A DNA stretch of 63,817 bases, filler included, from Lama guanicoe (Eukaryota): assembly GCA_013239625.1 (NCBI GenBank). It is 140 parts of 140 records of this genome, joined end to end, with 100 filler letters (N's around TTAATTAATTAA, not from the genome) between each part and the next. Parts side by side here need not be neighbours in the genome. Positions count along the whole stretch, not along the records: positions 23,233 to 23,588 come from PNXV01057885.1; positions 23,689 to 24,044 come from PNXV01057886.1; positions 24,145 to 24,500 come from PNXV01057887.1; positions 24,601 to 24,950 come from PNXV01057888.1; positions 25,051 to 25,406 come from PNXV01057889.1; positions 25,507 to 25,863 come from PNXV01057890.1; positions 25,964 to 26,319 come from PNXV01057891.1; positions 26,420 to 26,776 come from PNXV01057892.1; 132 more parts are not named here. One strand, 5' to 3'. The notes beneath the pieces are model-generated. The model had not been told where the DNA came from, did not search any database, and worked only from the letters and a program-made list of their open reading frames with translations. The position numbers were made by a program, and so were the translations under genes. This document shows positions 23,133 through 35,912 of the stretch, piece after piece. Position 1 is the stretch's first letter. Each line of letters starts with the position of its first letter.

Positions 23133-24600
23133 NNNNNNNNNNNNNNNNNNNNNNNNNNNNNNNNNNNNNNNNNNNNTTAATTAATTAANNNNNNNNNNNN
23201 NNNNNNNNNNNNNNNNNNNNNNNNNNNNNNNNTGTTCTGCCCCAGCAGATGCCGCCGTGAATGACACACAGCCTGCGGAGGGGGTGCAGCTGGACCATCA
23301 GGTGAGACCCCTGCTCCCGTCCAGGCCACCAGAGACCTTCTTGTTGCCAGACTTAGTCCCACGGACACTCCTCTGTCTTCACATCCCAGCTCCCAGCGGT
23401 CCCACACTGACCTCTCCTGGGCTGCCTGGTCATGTCCTGCTCTGACTCCACCCCTCCCGTTTTCTTGTGACCTCATGGCCCCTCCTTCGGGGTTCCCGGT
23501 CCTGGCTCCTCGTCCTCTGTCTGACCTTCTGCTTTGGAGTGTAGCCCCAGGTCTCAAGAGGATGCATGAATAAGTGAACCTCCCCAGANNNNNNNNNNNN
23601 NNNNNNNNNNNNNNNNNNNNNNNNNNNNNNNNTTAATTAATTAANNNNNNNNNNNNNNNNNNNNNNNNNNNNNNNNNNNNNNNNNNNNGAGCTTTTTAAA
23701 GGATTTTCCTAAGTCCATTAACTGTTTTATTATATTGCCCGTTTTCCAAAAATTAAGATTAAAGCAACATTTCCTGTCAGTGAGCAGACTGAACAGAGTG
23801 GACGCACTTGAGGCTATGCCTACCTCCTTAAAACATTTAATTTTAAGTTTAAATCCTAATTAGTAGCATCGGAGGTTTTTTTTCTTTTAACCTCCCTCCA
23901 TGTTTGCTGGGCTGGCCATGGCCAGTTTGCCCACCGATCTGTTCCAAGCCTCTCTCTTGCTTGGCAGAGGTGTCAGCATTCTCAGGCTGATTTTCCCAGG
24001 TGATGTTGGCTTCCAGCTGTGCCTGGCAAATGGAGGCTGGGTGGNNNNNNNNNNNNNNNNNNNNNNNNNNNNNNNNNNNNNNNNNNNNTTAATTAATTAA
24101 NNNNNNNNNNNNNNNNNNNNNNNNNNNNNNNNNNNNNNNNNNNNTAACATGTTACATCTAAAAGCAGACTATCCTGATCACTGCCGAGTTTTGAAGCATA
24201 AACGGCTTAGTGTGAAAAAGCATTTCAAACTCCAAAGCACAGAACAAGAATTAGGGAAAACTCTGTATCAGATTGAGCCTGGAAGAAAAAGGCAGCAAAC
24301 TTTCTTGTCCGAGGATTTGTCTGCGATCTTCCAAGTGCTGCACCAGCTCCTCCATCCCAACCGTGGCTTGTGTTTAAGTTATTACAAAAAAAGTACTGAA
24401 GGAATGAATGTTGCAGGACTGCTCCCTGCATCTGGGCTGTTGGCATAGCATTTTGTTCTTTGGTTCCCTGTCTGGGTTGTGTGTTGCAGCTGTTCTTGGT
24501 NNNNNNNNNNNNNNNNNNNNNNNNNNNNNNNNNNNNNNNNNNNNTTAATTAATTAANNNNNNNNNNNNNNNNNNNNNNNNNNNNNNNNNNNNNNNNNNNN

Positions 24601-24950
24601 TTTTTTCACTGTGAGCTACCACAAGATCTTGTATATATATTTCCCTGTGATATACAGTATAATCTTGTTTCTCTGTTCTACACTTTGAAATCTCAGTCTG
24701 TCCCTTCCCACTCCCCGCCCCTTTGGCACCCACAAGTTTGCATTCTATGTCTATGAGTCTGTTTTTGTCTTGTATTTATGTTTTGTTTTGTTTTGTTTAG
24801 ATCCCACATATGAGCAATCTCATACAGTATTTTTCTTTCTCCTTGTGGCTTACTTCACTTAGAATGACATTCTCCAGGAACATCCATGGTGCTGTAAATG
24901 ACATTATGTTGTCGATTTTATGGCTGAATAGTATTCCATTGTATAAATAT
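24601..24950 (-). mobile_element. Young lineage-type LINE-1 3' UTR (same type at 45148-45256)
   Basis: ctgtgagctaccacaagatcttgtatatatatttccctgtg...cttcacttagaatgacattctccagga...ttttatggctgaatagtattccattgt. Confidence 0.9.
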
Positions 24951-25050
24951 NNNNNNNNNNNNNNNNNNNNNNNNNNNNNNNNNNNNNNNNNNNNTTAATT
25001 AATTAANNNNNNNNNNNNNNNNNNNNNNNNNNNNNNNNNNNNNNNNNNNN

Positions 25051-25406
25051 ATATATTCAGTTTCTATTCTATTATGCTCATTACAAGAAATTGAATATGG
25101 TTCCCTGTGCTATATAGACAGTAGGTTCTTGTTGTTTATCTATTTCATATATAGTAATGTGTGTATGTTATTCCCAAACTCCTAATCTATCCCTCCCCCT
25201 GCTTTTCCACCCCAGTGACCACAGTTTGTTTTCTATGTTTGTGTGCCTATTTTTGGTTTGTAAATAAAATTTGTATCTTTTTTTAAGCTTCCAAATGTAA
25301 GCGACATCATATGACATTTGTCTTTCTCTGTCTGACTCCCTTCACTTAGAATGATGATTGCTAAGGCCATTCATGGTGCTGCAAATGTGTTATTTCATTG
25401 CTTTTT
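25051..25406 (-). mobile_element. LINE-1 3' UTR
   Basis: ttgaatatggttccctgtgctatata...cttcacttagaatgatga...catggtgctgcaaatg. Confidence 0.9.
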
Positions 25407-25506
25407 NNNNNNNNNNNNNNNNNNNNNNNNNNNNNNNNNNNNNNNNNNNNTTAATTAATTAANNNNNNNNNNNNNNNNNNNNNNNNNNNNNNNNNNNNNN
25501 NNNNNN

Positions 25507-25610
25507 GGGCTGCAGGCTTGTCTTCACTGGGGGGTGGTGGCAGCCGCTGATGACTGGATGGCTTCAACATTCTTTGTTTACTGATACGGTTTGCAGTATT
25601 TTTGTTCACA
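25507..25610 (-). mobile_element. ERV1-class LTR 5' end
   Basis: The minus strand starts TGTGAACAAAAATACTGCAAACCGTATCAGTAAACAAAGAATGTTGAAGCCATC. It has a TG terminus and the ATCAGTAAACAAAG motif I recall from laurasiatherian ERV1 LTRs. Confidence 0.6.
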
Positions 25611-25963
25611 AAAGGAACGCTTTCATTCATATATACTACTGAACAGATAAATCTGATTTTCAAGAGAATAATATTCAGTTATACTCACATGTGTGCACAC
25701 ACAAGCACCCACCTTACTCTACTGATAGTTTAAAGTTACAAAATATCTGTGTGGAGTGGTCTTCTCTGTGCTTTGCTAAGTAAAGAGGCATTTTAACTTC
25801 AGTATGAATAGGGATGAAGTATCTCCAAGTAACTTTCTTCTTAGAATCCTCTCATTGAAGTCTNNNNNNNNNNNNNNNNNNNNNNNNNNNNNNNNNNNNN
25901 NNNNNNNTTAATTAATTAANNNNNNNNNNNNNNNNNNNNNNNNNNNNNNNNNNNNNNNNNNNN

Positions 25964-26190
25964 GTGTGTGGTGAGGACTGGCCTCCTTATTCATAAAGTC
26001 TGCTTCTTGGTGTGTCCTCATATGGTGGAAGGGGCAGGGGAGCTCTCTGGGGTCTCTTGTATGAGGGCACTAATCTCATTCATGAGGGCTCCACCTTTGT
26101 GACCTAGTAACCTCCCAGAGGCTTCACTTCCTTACATCATCACATCGTATGAATTTTGGGGTGGGCAAGCATTCAGCTCATGGCAGATGC
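25964..26190 (-). mobile_element. MLT1A-type MaLR LTR
   Basis: gtgtcctcatatggtggaaggggcaggggagctctctggggtctctt..agggcactaatctcattcatgagggctccacc...acctcccagaggc. Confidence 0.88.
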
Positions 26191-29100
26191 TGCTCTTGGC
26201 TCATGAAGCACTGACTGCCTGGCCCATTTGACCATCTTTTTTCCCAGAAGGAGGAATGAGACCAGAGTTCGGTGAGGGCTCAGCCTTCATACAGTCTCCT
26301 TTTTGTGTTGCTCTAGAAANNNNNNNNNNNNNNNNNNNNNNNNNNNNNNNNNNNNNNNNNNNNTTAATTAATTAANNNNNNNNNNNNNNNNNNNNNNNNN
26401 NNNNNNNNNNNNNNNNNNNAGACTATGTGGGTAGGAGATGAGGCTGAGGGTAGAGGTCCAGATCACCAGTGGCCCTGGGTTCCATGCTGAGAATTGTGGC
26501 CTTTTTTCTGTAGGAGGTGGGGCTTCCTTGACTATTTTAAAGCACTGGAGTGATAGGAACTGACCTCCTCCTAAGTAAGATCATTCTGGCAGCTTTTGGA
26601 GTTGTCCTATTAATGCTACCTAATGTTGAGCAGATGTAGGGATGGCATTTGTGATCGCGTTGGCTGATAATCACGGTCACCGTGGAGCAACACCAAAAAA
26701 GGCCTGTGAAAGTCAGAAGGCACAAACACTGTTGCACAGACTCTCTGTATCAGGAGTGGCTCTTCCCAGTATCAGCNNNNNNNNNNNNNNNNNNNNNNNN
26801 NNNNNNNNNNNNNNNNNNNNTTAATTAATTAANNNNNNNNNNNNNNNNNNNNNNNNNNNNNNNNNNNNNNNNNNNNCCCCCCCCTTTTTTTATGCCCTGT
26901 CTCCCACCTGGGCTGTCATTTCCTCCCCAAGCATCACCCACGCACACCCCTGGGTTGGGTGGAATCCGGACTGGTGACATTTTTGCCGTGCACGTGAGTG
27001 ACTGGCGTGGGGACAGGGTGGACAGAAGCAATTGGAAGGGCATGTTTTTTGCTCAGCGATACCCAGAAAATTGCCCCTGCCTTCTAAGCATATTCATCTC
27101 GTGTGGGTGCTTTGGAGGATGTGGGTTCAGCGCCGTGAATGGTAGTTGCAATTTAAGAGCATTGCAGGGACTTAGAAAATTAGATGGAATTAAGAGTTCC
27201 TTCAGGCTGAGCTTCCTCATTAAAAAAAAAAAANNNNNNNNNNNNNNNNNNNNNNNNNNNNNNNNNNNNNNNNNNNNTTAATTAATTAANNNNNNNNNNN
27301 NNNNNNNNNNNNNNNNNNNNNNNNNNNNNNNNNAGGCTCCACATCAGCACCCAGACACAACATCCCTGTTCATTTCCAATCCCTCTGCCCAGCTTGGAAG
27401 TTCTCACTAGTTTCCCACCCGAAAATCCTCGCTTAGGCAGCACCACTCCTAAATCTTTCCAGACTTGCACGTGGATGGCTGCTTTGGAGCTTAGAAGTTA
27501 AACATAATATTATGTTTTTCTGTGGTTCCTCCATGACGCTCCACCTTGGAGTAATGCTGGGTTGGTGTCTCCTCCCAAATGGACAAGAGTCACATGTTAA
27601 GGCAGAGTTGAGGGGAGAATTCAAACAGTTTCTGCTTCACGTATCATCTTGTCACCACTGCCTTGCTCTACCCCATGGCTTGTCCCTGTTNNNNNNNNNN
27701 NNNNNNNNNNNNNNNNNNNNNNNNNNNNNNNNNNTTAATTAATTAANNNNNNNNNNNNNNNNNNNNNNNNNNNNNNNNNNNNNNNNNNNNGTTGCAAAAA
27801 AAAAAAAAAAAAAAAGTGTGCTGGTGGAAGTCGGGGAGATGCATGAAGCATAAAAACCATGCCAGTCACTGGTTCCAGCTGCATCTTCAACAGAATAATG
27901 GCCTTCACACTACAACTCTTAACAATTTTACGATGAAATAAATGGAAAAGGACAGGATGTAAGGGAGATGGCAGAGCAAAAGAAAAAACATTAGGGGAAG
28001 CTCTGGGATTAAAAACTCCCAAGGCACAGTGAGTCCATCCAACTTCCCTGAGCTATCTACTCCAGCAGGCGGGTGTGGTTTTTGGAAAATATGAAGAATT
28101 AGGCCAGTGGCTGCTATTAAAGGTCGGAACTCACTGTTCCTCAATGTNNNNNNNNNNNNNNNNNNNNNNNNNNNNNNNNNNNNNNNNNNNNTTAATTAAT
28201 TAANNNNNNNNNNNNNNNNNNNNNNNNNNNNNNNNNNNNNNNNNNNNTAGAGCTCTTTTGAATACTACCAAGGGATAGAGAGGTAGAGGGTATAATTCTC
28301 GCTACAGAAATTCATGTAGGGGAGTCTCTTGCGGGACTGGAGTGTAATGATTTTATTCCATGAGTCAAACTTCATTATTTCTAACTTTAGGAAGTAATGG
28401 CAAGCTTTGGGGATCAGAATGTATCCTATTATAAATATATAATGCTTATTTTACAATGAGAGTTTTTTTCCCAGTTACTGTCTATTTAATCATTTTTAAA
28501 AAGTGGTCACAATTTATCATCACATATTTGGAGTAATTTCAAAAATCTGGCATGTATTGATATGGTTAAAAGCCATATTAAATTTTTATTAAAAATACAA
28601 GCTTNNNNNNNNNNNNNNNNNNNNNNNNNNNNNNNNNNNNNNNNNNNNTTAATTAATTAANNNNNNNNNNNNNNNNNNNNNNNNNNNNNNNNNNNNNNNN
28701 NNNNTGCTAACAGGTTGAGATTGCAATAGGTAAAGAAAGGAGGAGAAGGTACTCAAAGGGTAGTGAATAGGACATGTGTAGACACGTAGATGAAAGAATT
28801 CTTATGCAAAGAAAACCAGATCCTGTTGTAGCAGAACAGTTCATGTAAGTAAACAGAAAGCAAATGATACAAATATTGAATTAAATACTTAATTCAATTT
28901 CACATTAAATGTATTTGCCTTATAGTATTCTGATGCTTTCCCAGATATTTTAAAATATCACCTTACTTAATTCTCTAAACAGCTCTTGTCATCTGTTTCA
29001 AATTACTCGTGTGTTTTGGACAGTGAAAGAACAGTTCAGAGAGGTTAAAATAACTACCCAANNNNNNNNNNNNNNNNNNNNNNNNNNNNNNNNNNNNNNN

Positions 29101-29703
29101 NNNNNTTAATTAATTAANNNNNNNNNNNNNNNNNNNNNNNNNNNNNNNNNNNNNNNNNNNNCAGGTTCTTTAGTCTCTGATTAGCCCAGAATTATATTGG
29201 ACTCTGAAATTTTCTGGACTAAATGAGACCCCCTTTTCAACACTTATCTCATCTAGATCTACAAGACTCTCAGAAGGGCAAGATAACCATGTCCAGAGAA
29301 ATTTGTTAGTTTTCCAATAGTTTCCAAAATAGTAGAACATTGACTAGGTTAATGAATGATTACCAATGATCCATATCTTTTGTGAGGACAGCAGCCTTAT
29401 CTTTGATATGATATGATGGGTACATAGTTTCCAAATAGATACTCCTTGATTGATTCAGCTTCAAAGTAGATTTAGAATGATCTGTTTTTGTGATGGGGGT
29501 CATATATTTTTCTTTAAANNNNNNNNNNNNNNNNNNNNNNNNNNNNNNNNNNNNNNNNNNNNTTAATTAATTAANNNNNNNNNNNNNNNNNNNNNNNNNN
29601 NNNNNNNNNNNNNNNNNNTTTTACTTTACTTTCCACAGCAGTTCTGCCCCTTTAGCTTGGCTTCCCCATTTCAGGCTATGTTCTGAGAATTTTTGTTTAT
29701 ACC

Positions 29704-29975
29704 TGTATTAGCAGAGAAATTTATGCTAAGCTGATGTAACCAAGAATCCACAAACCACAGTGGCGAGATTAAGACAGACCTTAATTCCCCCCTCACAAAG
29801 GAAGTCTGTGGTTGATGCACGGCCAGCAGGAGGCGCTGTTACACAAGCTCATCCAGGGACCCAGGCTGATGGGATGTCTCTAAACAATGTATTTTTTGGT
29901 TGGTTTGTTTCCATCCCTTGTCCCAAGGTGGCCACCACAGTGATCGTGTACCCTAGGCAGCAGGAAGCTGGAAGG
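29704..29975 (-). mobile_element. Old MLT1 (J/K-type) MaLR LTR
   Basis: tgtattag...gctaagctgatgtaac...cacagtggc...catccagggacccaggctgatgg. Confidence 0.55.
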
Positions 29976-30532
29976 NNNNNNNNNNNNNNNNNNNNNNNNN
30001 NNNNNNNNNNNNNNNNNNNTTAATTAATTAANNNNNNNNNNNNNNNNNNNNNNNNNNNNNNNNNNNNNNNNNNNNAAAAACAAAAGAGACCAATCTTTCT
30101 TGCTTTTTTATCAACTTCCAAAAAGGCTAAAGTACAGGTTTGAATTTTGAGTCTTTGGGGGCTTGTAAGTTATGAGTGGATTGTGAGAGCTCCCCACAGC
30201 ACCTCTGCTGGGTAGTTGAGCACATTGCACAGTTCCCTCAGCTGCCACTTCATATGAGTAGGGCAAGATGATAGAACCTACAAAGGTCGTTCAATTTCTA
30301 ATCTTAATACTATCAGATGTAATGCTTCATAAAGGTGACCCTGTTACTAGCCCACGCAATAAGACATGTCATTGTATTGCTAGACAAATGTCAGTGTGGT
30401 AGATTAACAGCTCTGGATGTGTTCTTATTATTNNNNNNNNNNNNNNNNNNNNNNNNNNNNNNNNNNNNNNNNNNNNTTAATTAATTAANNNNNNNNNNNN
30501 NNNNNNNNNNNNNNNNNNNNNNNNNNNNNNNN

Positions 30533-30720
30533 GTATATTCACTTCCTCTCCCGACTCCAAACAATCTCTTCTCCAAACTGCAGCCAGAGTGATGGTTTCC
30601 AAACAGATGGAAATATGCTCCTTAAAACCCCTCACTGACGTCTCTTTGCTCCTAGCATAAAAACATAATTACTTAAGATGACCAATAGAGCCCTTTGAGA
30701 TTCACCTCTTAGCTGCCTGA
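30533..30720. mobile_element. L2 LINE relic (representative; others near 15938-16290, 26420-26600, 34188-34480, 38750-39100, 47889-48100)
   Basis: ctccaaactgcagccagagtgat...ccttaaaacccctcactg...ataaaa, typical of the L2 3' region. Confidence 0.65.
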
Positions 30721-33700
30721 CCTCAGGAATGAGGGAAAAGAGTCTAAGTGTGCACTTGAGTGTAAGGAGAGCAGTACGTTACTACTGGTTCTCATAACCC
30801 ATTTTAGGCAGCACGTATCTATTTGTCAAAGAGCCAAGTGAATGAAGACACAGTCTCAGAGTATAAAAAAAAGTATTATTCTTTTTTTTNNNNNNNNNNN
30901 NNNNNNNNNNNNNNNNNNNNNNNNNNNNNNNNNTTAATTAATTAANNNNNNNNNNNNNNNNNNNNNNNNNNNNNNNNNNNNNNNNNNNNGCGCTCATGTG
31001 TGTGTGCGTGCCTGTTTATTTTCTTATGTTTGTAGAAAGGAAATATTGTATTTACATCTCATTTCAGCTTTCTCAGAACTCCCTACTGTCCCAGGAACAG
31101 GCATCATGTTGATGTTAACTATTTCCTGACAAATCTAGAGCACATTTCGTCATTCTGACTTCCTTCTTGTCCTTGTGAACAAACTACTTAGGCTAAACAT
31201 GTCTGCCTTGAGCTGTCATTTCTTCAGGACTCAGGATTTTTGTGTGGTTGATTTGATCACATCTGAATGGAGAGACATTTAAAAATTAAAATATTGGCTA
31301 AATGAATTAAAGAAAAACATTTTGAGACAAATTAAGATGAAAGCTGNNNNNNNNNNNNNNNNNNNNNNNNNNNNNNNNNNNNNNNNNNNNTTAATTAATT
31401 AANNNNNNNNNNNNNNNNNNNNNNNNNNNNNNNNNNNNNNNNNNNNCTGTTTTTCTAGAGTAGATGTCCTTCTAGTTTCTACCTGCTTTTGGTTGTTCTC
31501 CAGTATCTCCAAATGTGTTTTCTTCTTATATAATTGTGTTCAAATCTTGAAACTTTAATTAGTGGCTGTTTGGTCTATTTAAGCTATTTCACCATTATCA
31601 GAGAAGGATCAGTTAATCAGCTCTTTTGGAAGGTCAGCAAAGTTTGACCCAGTTTAAAGAACTCTACCCTGTTTCTTGCTTAATGTTTTTCCATAAACAC
31701 TCACTTAGTGCTTATAAGATACCAAGAACTTTTCTCTGTTCTTTGCAAATAATAACTCATTTCTTCCTTGCAAACAATTCCTATGGAATCTGCTATTATT
31801 ATTNNNNNNNNNNNNNNNNNNNNNNNNNNNNNNNNNNNNNNNNNNNNTTAATTAATTAANNNNNNNNNNNNNNNNNNNNNNNNNNNNNNNNNNNNNNNNN
31901 NNNGCCCCTCCTGGGCCTGGCTCCGTGCTCAGCTTCTGAATGGATGAGGAGCAGTCTCCAGGGAGCAGGGGCATCACAGCCCAGGTCCAGGTGCTGGAGC
32001 TTTGACAACCCAGAGTCCTGTCACACCTAGTCTGTGCCACGCCCCATGGACACCTCTCTGTGGCATTGAGGGCAGCAAGACCCCACCTCACCCTGTCTCT
32101 ACCCTGTCAGAAGAGAAAGCCCAACATGGGTGAGAAGGACAGACCACATGGTGGGGGGGAGGTCAGGAGAAGCCCTGCGTGCCAGTGGAGAGGGAGGGGC
32201 TTGCTGGAGTTGGGCACGGGGGAGGGTGTCCGGGTGGAGGAGCCACGCATGCAAGCTCAGNNNNNNNNNNNNNNNNNNNNNNNNNNNNNNNNNNNNNNNN
32301 NNNNTTAATTAATTAANNNNNNNNNNNNNNNNNNNNNNNNNNNNNNNNNNNNNNNNNNNNCTTTAACTACAGTCTGGTCTTCAAACATCAAGTCCAGCAG
32401 ACTCTGAGGCGGCCCTCAGACGAGGACTAAAGATCCACGGAGTCAACCTCTTCCCAGCAACATTACCGTTAAAAGTTTACGCACAGAACACTGTTTTCCT
32501 TTCTCTTGTATTTGAAAGCACGAAGTAGCTCATCCAAACTTCGGATTAAGTTAAGCTCTAGCGCTGCCCCACGGGCCTCCCCATCCTGTGGAGCACTTCC
32601 ACGACAAGGACACCCTCCAGGTGCCGCCCACTCCAACATCGCTCACTCCTGCGTCAGAAAGGGGACAGAATCCAGGCGCTCGCAAAACCCGCGGATACAC
32701 GAAGAGCACACGCGCACNNNNNNNNNNNNNNNNNNNNNNNNNNNNNNNNNNNNNNNNNNNNTTAATTAATTAANNNNNNNNNNNNNNNNNNNNNNNNNNN
32801 NNNNNNNNNNNNNNNNNAGGAGCCCTAATGGCTTCCACCCTGCCAGCTTCCCACCTAGAAATGCATCTGTGGAAACAGACTGGGGGAGCTGCAGATAGTG
32901 AGTGCTGAAGATGATAATTTCAGCAGTGTTTGCAATCACTACAAACTGGAATTAGCTAAAGTGTCCCCAGATCAGGAAGGACCAGTCTAGGAACATTGGA
33001 AAACATCCATACAATTAAAGGGGTACTAAAGAAAGCTGTTTGTGGACATAGGGGAATAAAGGAAGAGGCAGAGTGTAAATCTGTATGTATTATGGGGTCT
33101 CATTAAATTTTAAAAATATAACTGACTCTGGGTATGTAAAGAAGATGCACAAGAAGAGATCTGGAAAGATACAANNNNNNNNNNNNNNNNNNNNNNNNNN
33201 NNNNNNNNNNNNNNNNNNTTAATTAATTAANNNNNNNNNNNNNNNNNNNNNNNNNNNNNNNNNNNNNNNNNNNNGAGTTTTGGAGGAAAATGGATATTTC
33301 TTAATTGCTTTAGAATAATTCATGATAATTTTTTTAAGATGATGGATGTTGGAAAGTTATCTTAGGGAGTGGATAGAGAAGATAAAAATCTATTCTATTG
33401 TTCTCGATAAATAATACTTCATTCTTTTTCACTAAGTACTATTACAGGATCAGATTCTCTCTAAAATAAAAATAACTTTGTGTTCTTTAAATTAATAATC
33501 ATAGTAACAGGAAAAACAAAAAGAGAACTGTTTAACTCTGAAATAATTTGTTTAAAAAATATTTTTAAAAACACATGGTAAGTGAACAATACATTTCAGA
33601 GTTTCATTTAACGTAGATTAACAATAAAAAANNNNNNNNNNNNNNNNNNNNNNNNNNNNNNNNNNNNNNNNNNNNTTAATTAATTAANNNNNNNNNNNNN

Positions 33701-33731
33701 NNNNNNNNNNNNNNNNNNNNNNNNNNNNNNN

Positions 33732-33857
33732 AGGGCATAGCCCAGTGGTAGAGTGTGTGCTTAGCATGCACAAGGTCCTGGGTTTAATCCTCAGTTCTTC
33801 TGGTAAAAAAATAAATTAACTTAACACCCCACCTCCCCACCAAAAAAAAAAAAAAAA
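33732..33857 (+). mobile_element. tRNA-derived SINE, Vic-1-like, nearly full length
   Basis: agggcaTAGCCCAGTGGtagagtgtgtgcttagcatgcacaaggtcctgGGTTTAATCC gives an A-box at 33738-33748 and a B-box at 33781-33790. An AT-rich linker, a C-rich patch and poly-A follow. Confidence 0.9.
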
Positions 33858-35558
33858 GAACTCTGAACAGAGCTTATTAAAAAAGAAAAAATAATAAATG
33901 TGAGGCCAGAGGGAAGGGCAGGGGTTGGAGACACCAAGGGCGTTACAGGCCAAGTGACAGGACTGGGACTTTATTATGAGGTCAGTGGGGATCCTTGGAG
34001 GATTTTAGAGTAAGAGGAGCTCTACCCCTCATTTTGGAACAGAGGGCACTAGCACAGAGAAGTGAGGTGACCCATCCCAGAACGCACNNNNNNNNNNNNN
34101 NNNNNNNNNNNNNNNNNNNNNNNNNNNNNNNTTAATTAATTAANNNNNNNNNNNNNNNNNNNNNNNNNNNNNNNNNNNNNNNNNNNNGAACATCCCTCCC
34201 CTGGACCTTCGTGTGACTGGCTCCTTCCTGTCCATCCCCTGGCAGCTTTGGTCACACTCAGCTCTTGTCTGACTACCTAAATTCCACCCTTACTCCACCC
34301 CCGTCCTAATTACAAAGTCCCCCACTGTTGTCTAACCTAACTCTCTCCACGTTCCTCGTATGAAGGACTTACTGTCCCTGAAAAATGGTTCCTGTTTAGT
34401 TTTTTTTCTGTTCCTGCCACTGCAGCCTAACCCGTCAGCTGCTACATCCAGTGTCTAGCTGCCTGATGCATAGCAGGTGTTCTGGAACAGGAATTGATTT
34501 AAGGTCAAAACATCTAAAATCCCCAGAGGGCATCAAGTACCAAANNNNNNNNNNNNNNNNNNNNNNNNNNNNNNNNNNNNNNNNNNNNTTAATTAATTAA
34601 NNNNNNNNNNNNNNNNNNNNNNNNNNNNNNNNNNNNNNNNNNNNGGGCCAGGCTTCCATGAGACTGTCTCCCTGTGAAGGCCAGGTGTGCACCTGAGCCG
34701 GGGAGTCCATGAAGACAGTCTTCCTACTAAGTCACAGGGACGTGGCGCTGATGGGGAAATGCAGCCGTAGCCTGGACACAGCAGGATCTGCTGAGAGGTC
34801 GGGCTTGAAGCCTCCACTTGGTGACTTTCTATGTCCCCGAGTTTCACCTTCCTCACCTACTGAATAGATACATTAATAATCAGATTTCAGAGGGCTCCTG
34901 TAAGAACAGAATGAGGCTTATAGGTACTTTAAAATAAGTAAATATTAATATTGTTAGTCATCCAGCAAATTCACCTAGGCACCATTTATTAGCAGTGAAA
35001 CNNNNNNNNNNNNNNNNNNNNNNNNNNNNNNNNNNNNNNNNNNNNTTAATTAATTAANNNNNNNNNNNNNNNNNNNNNNNNNNNNNNNNNNNNNNNNNNN
35101 NTTAATACCTAATTTCCTGAAATCATAAGCTTTCCCAGTAATGTCAAAAACAGTATGGCATAGACTTTGAAAAATGTTTCCATGTTATTAAATGTCTCAT
35201 TTATGTTCCATGCAGAGTTTTTTAGAAATAGAGGCTGATTTACTACTGAGTGTTTCTGAATAAAGGAACTAAGGATGGAGAAAACAAACAGACTCTCAAA
35301 AGCTTAGGGAAATTACAAAATATTTTTTCCTCAGTGTCGGAGGGAAAGATACATTTCCAGTGGACAAGAGATTTAAAATAAAATAGAGAAATAAATATCT
35401 TGCCTGGACTCTCAGACAACTAATTACAAGTTATTCATTCACCATGAAAGATAAGATGNNNNNNNNNNNNNNNNNNNNNNNNNNNNNNNNNNNNNNNNNN
35501 NNTTAATTAATTAANNNNNNNNNNNNNNNNNNNNNNNNNNNNNNNNNNNNNNNNNNNN

Positions 35559-35912
35559 CCCTAACAGGGAACACCTGTGACTGAAGAGAGCAAGGTGGAG
35601 TAGTCTCTCGAGCTCCCCCACGCAGAGAGAATGCTTCCGGAATCCTGAGCGTTGGGAGGTTCCACCAACGGTCAACAGCGCGTGGGTTCTAACAGATTGC
35701 CTAAGCTCATCTCCCCTGAGGATTTTCCAAATTTCAGGCTGCCAGGGAATGGTGGTGTTCTGCGCTGGCATGCCCAGTGTCAGGGGCTGACTCCACTTGG
35801 TCAGGGAATTTATTTCACGGACTTCCACCTAACAGGGAATAACTGTGACTGAAGACAGCTTCAAGGAGTTTTCTCTCGAGCTCCCCCACGCACAGACAAT
35901 GGTTCCGGAATC
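35559..35912 (-). repeat. Satellite, about 267-bp monomer, subtype B (reverse orientation)
   Basis: tgtgactgaaga at 35576 and 35844 (period 268); ctctcgagctcccc.acgca also occurs twice. The reverse complement matches 50637-50994 (ttagaacccacgcgctg, caggggagatgagct). Confidence 0.92.

Noticed and set aside
24149..24448. 99-aa ORF MLHLKADYPDH...
   Set aside because: No recognisable motif, splice context or homology. An ORF of this length is plausible by chance among about 140 contigs.
33738..33800. tRNA gene (A and B boxes present)
   Set aside because: There is no complete acceptor stem, and an AT-rich tail with poly-A follows. It is a tRNA-derived SINE.
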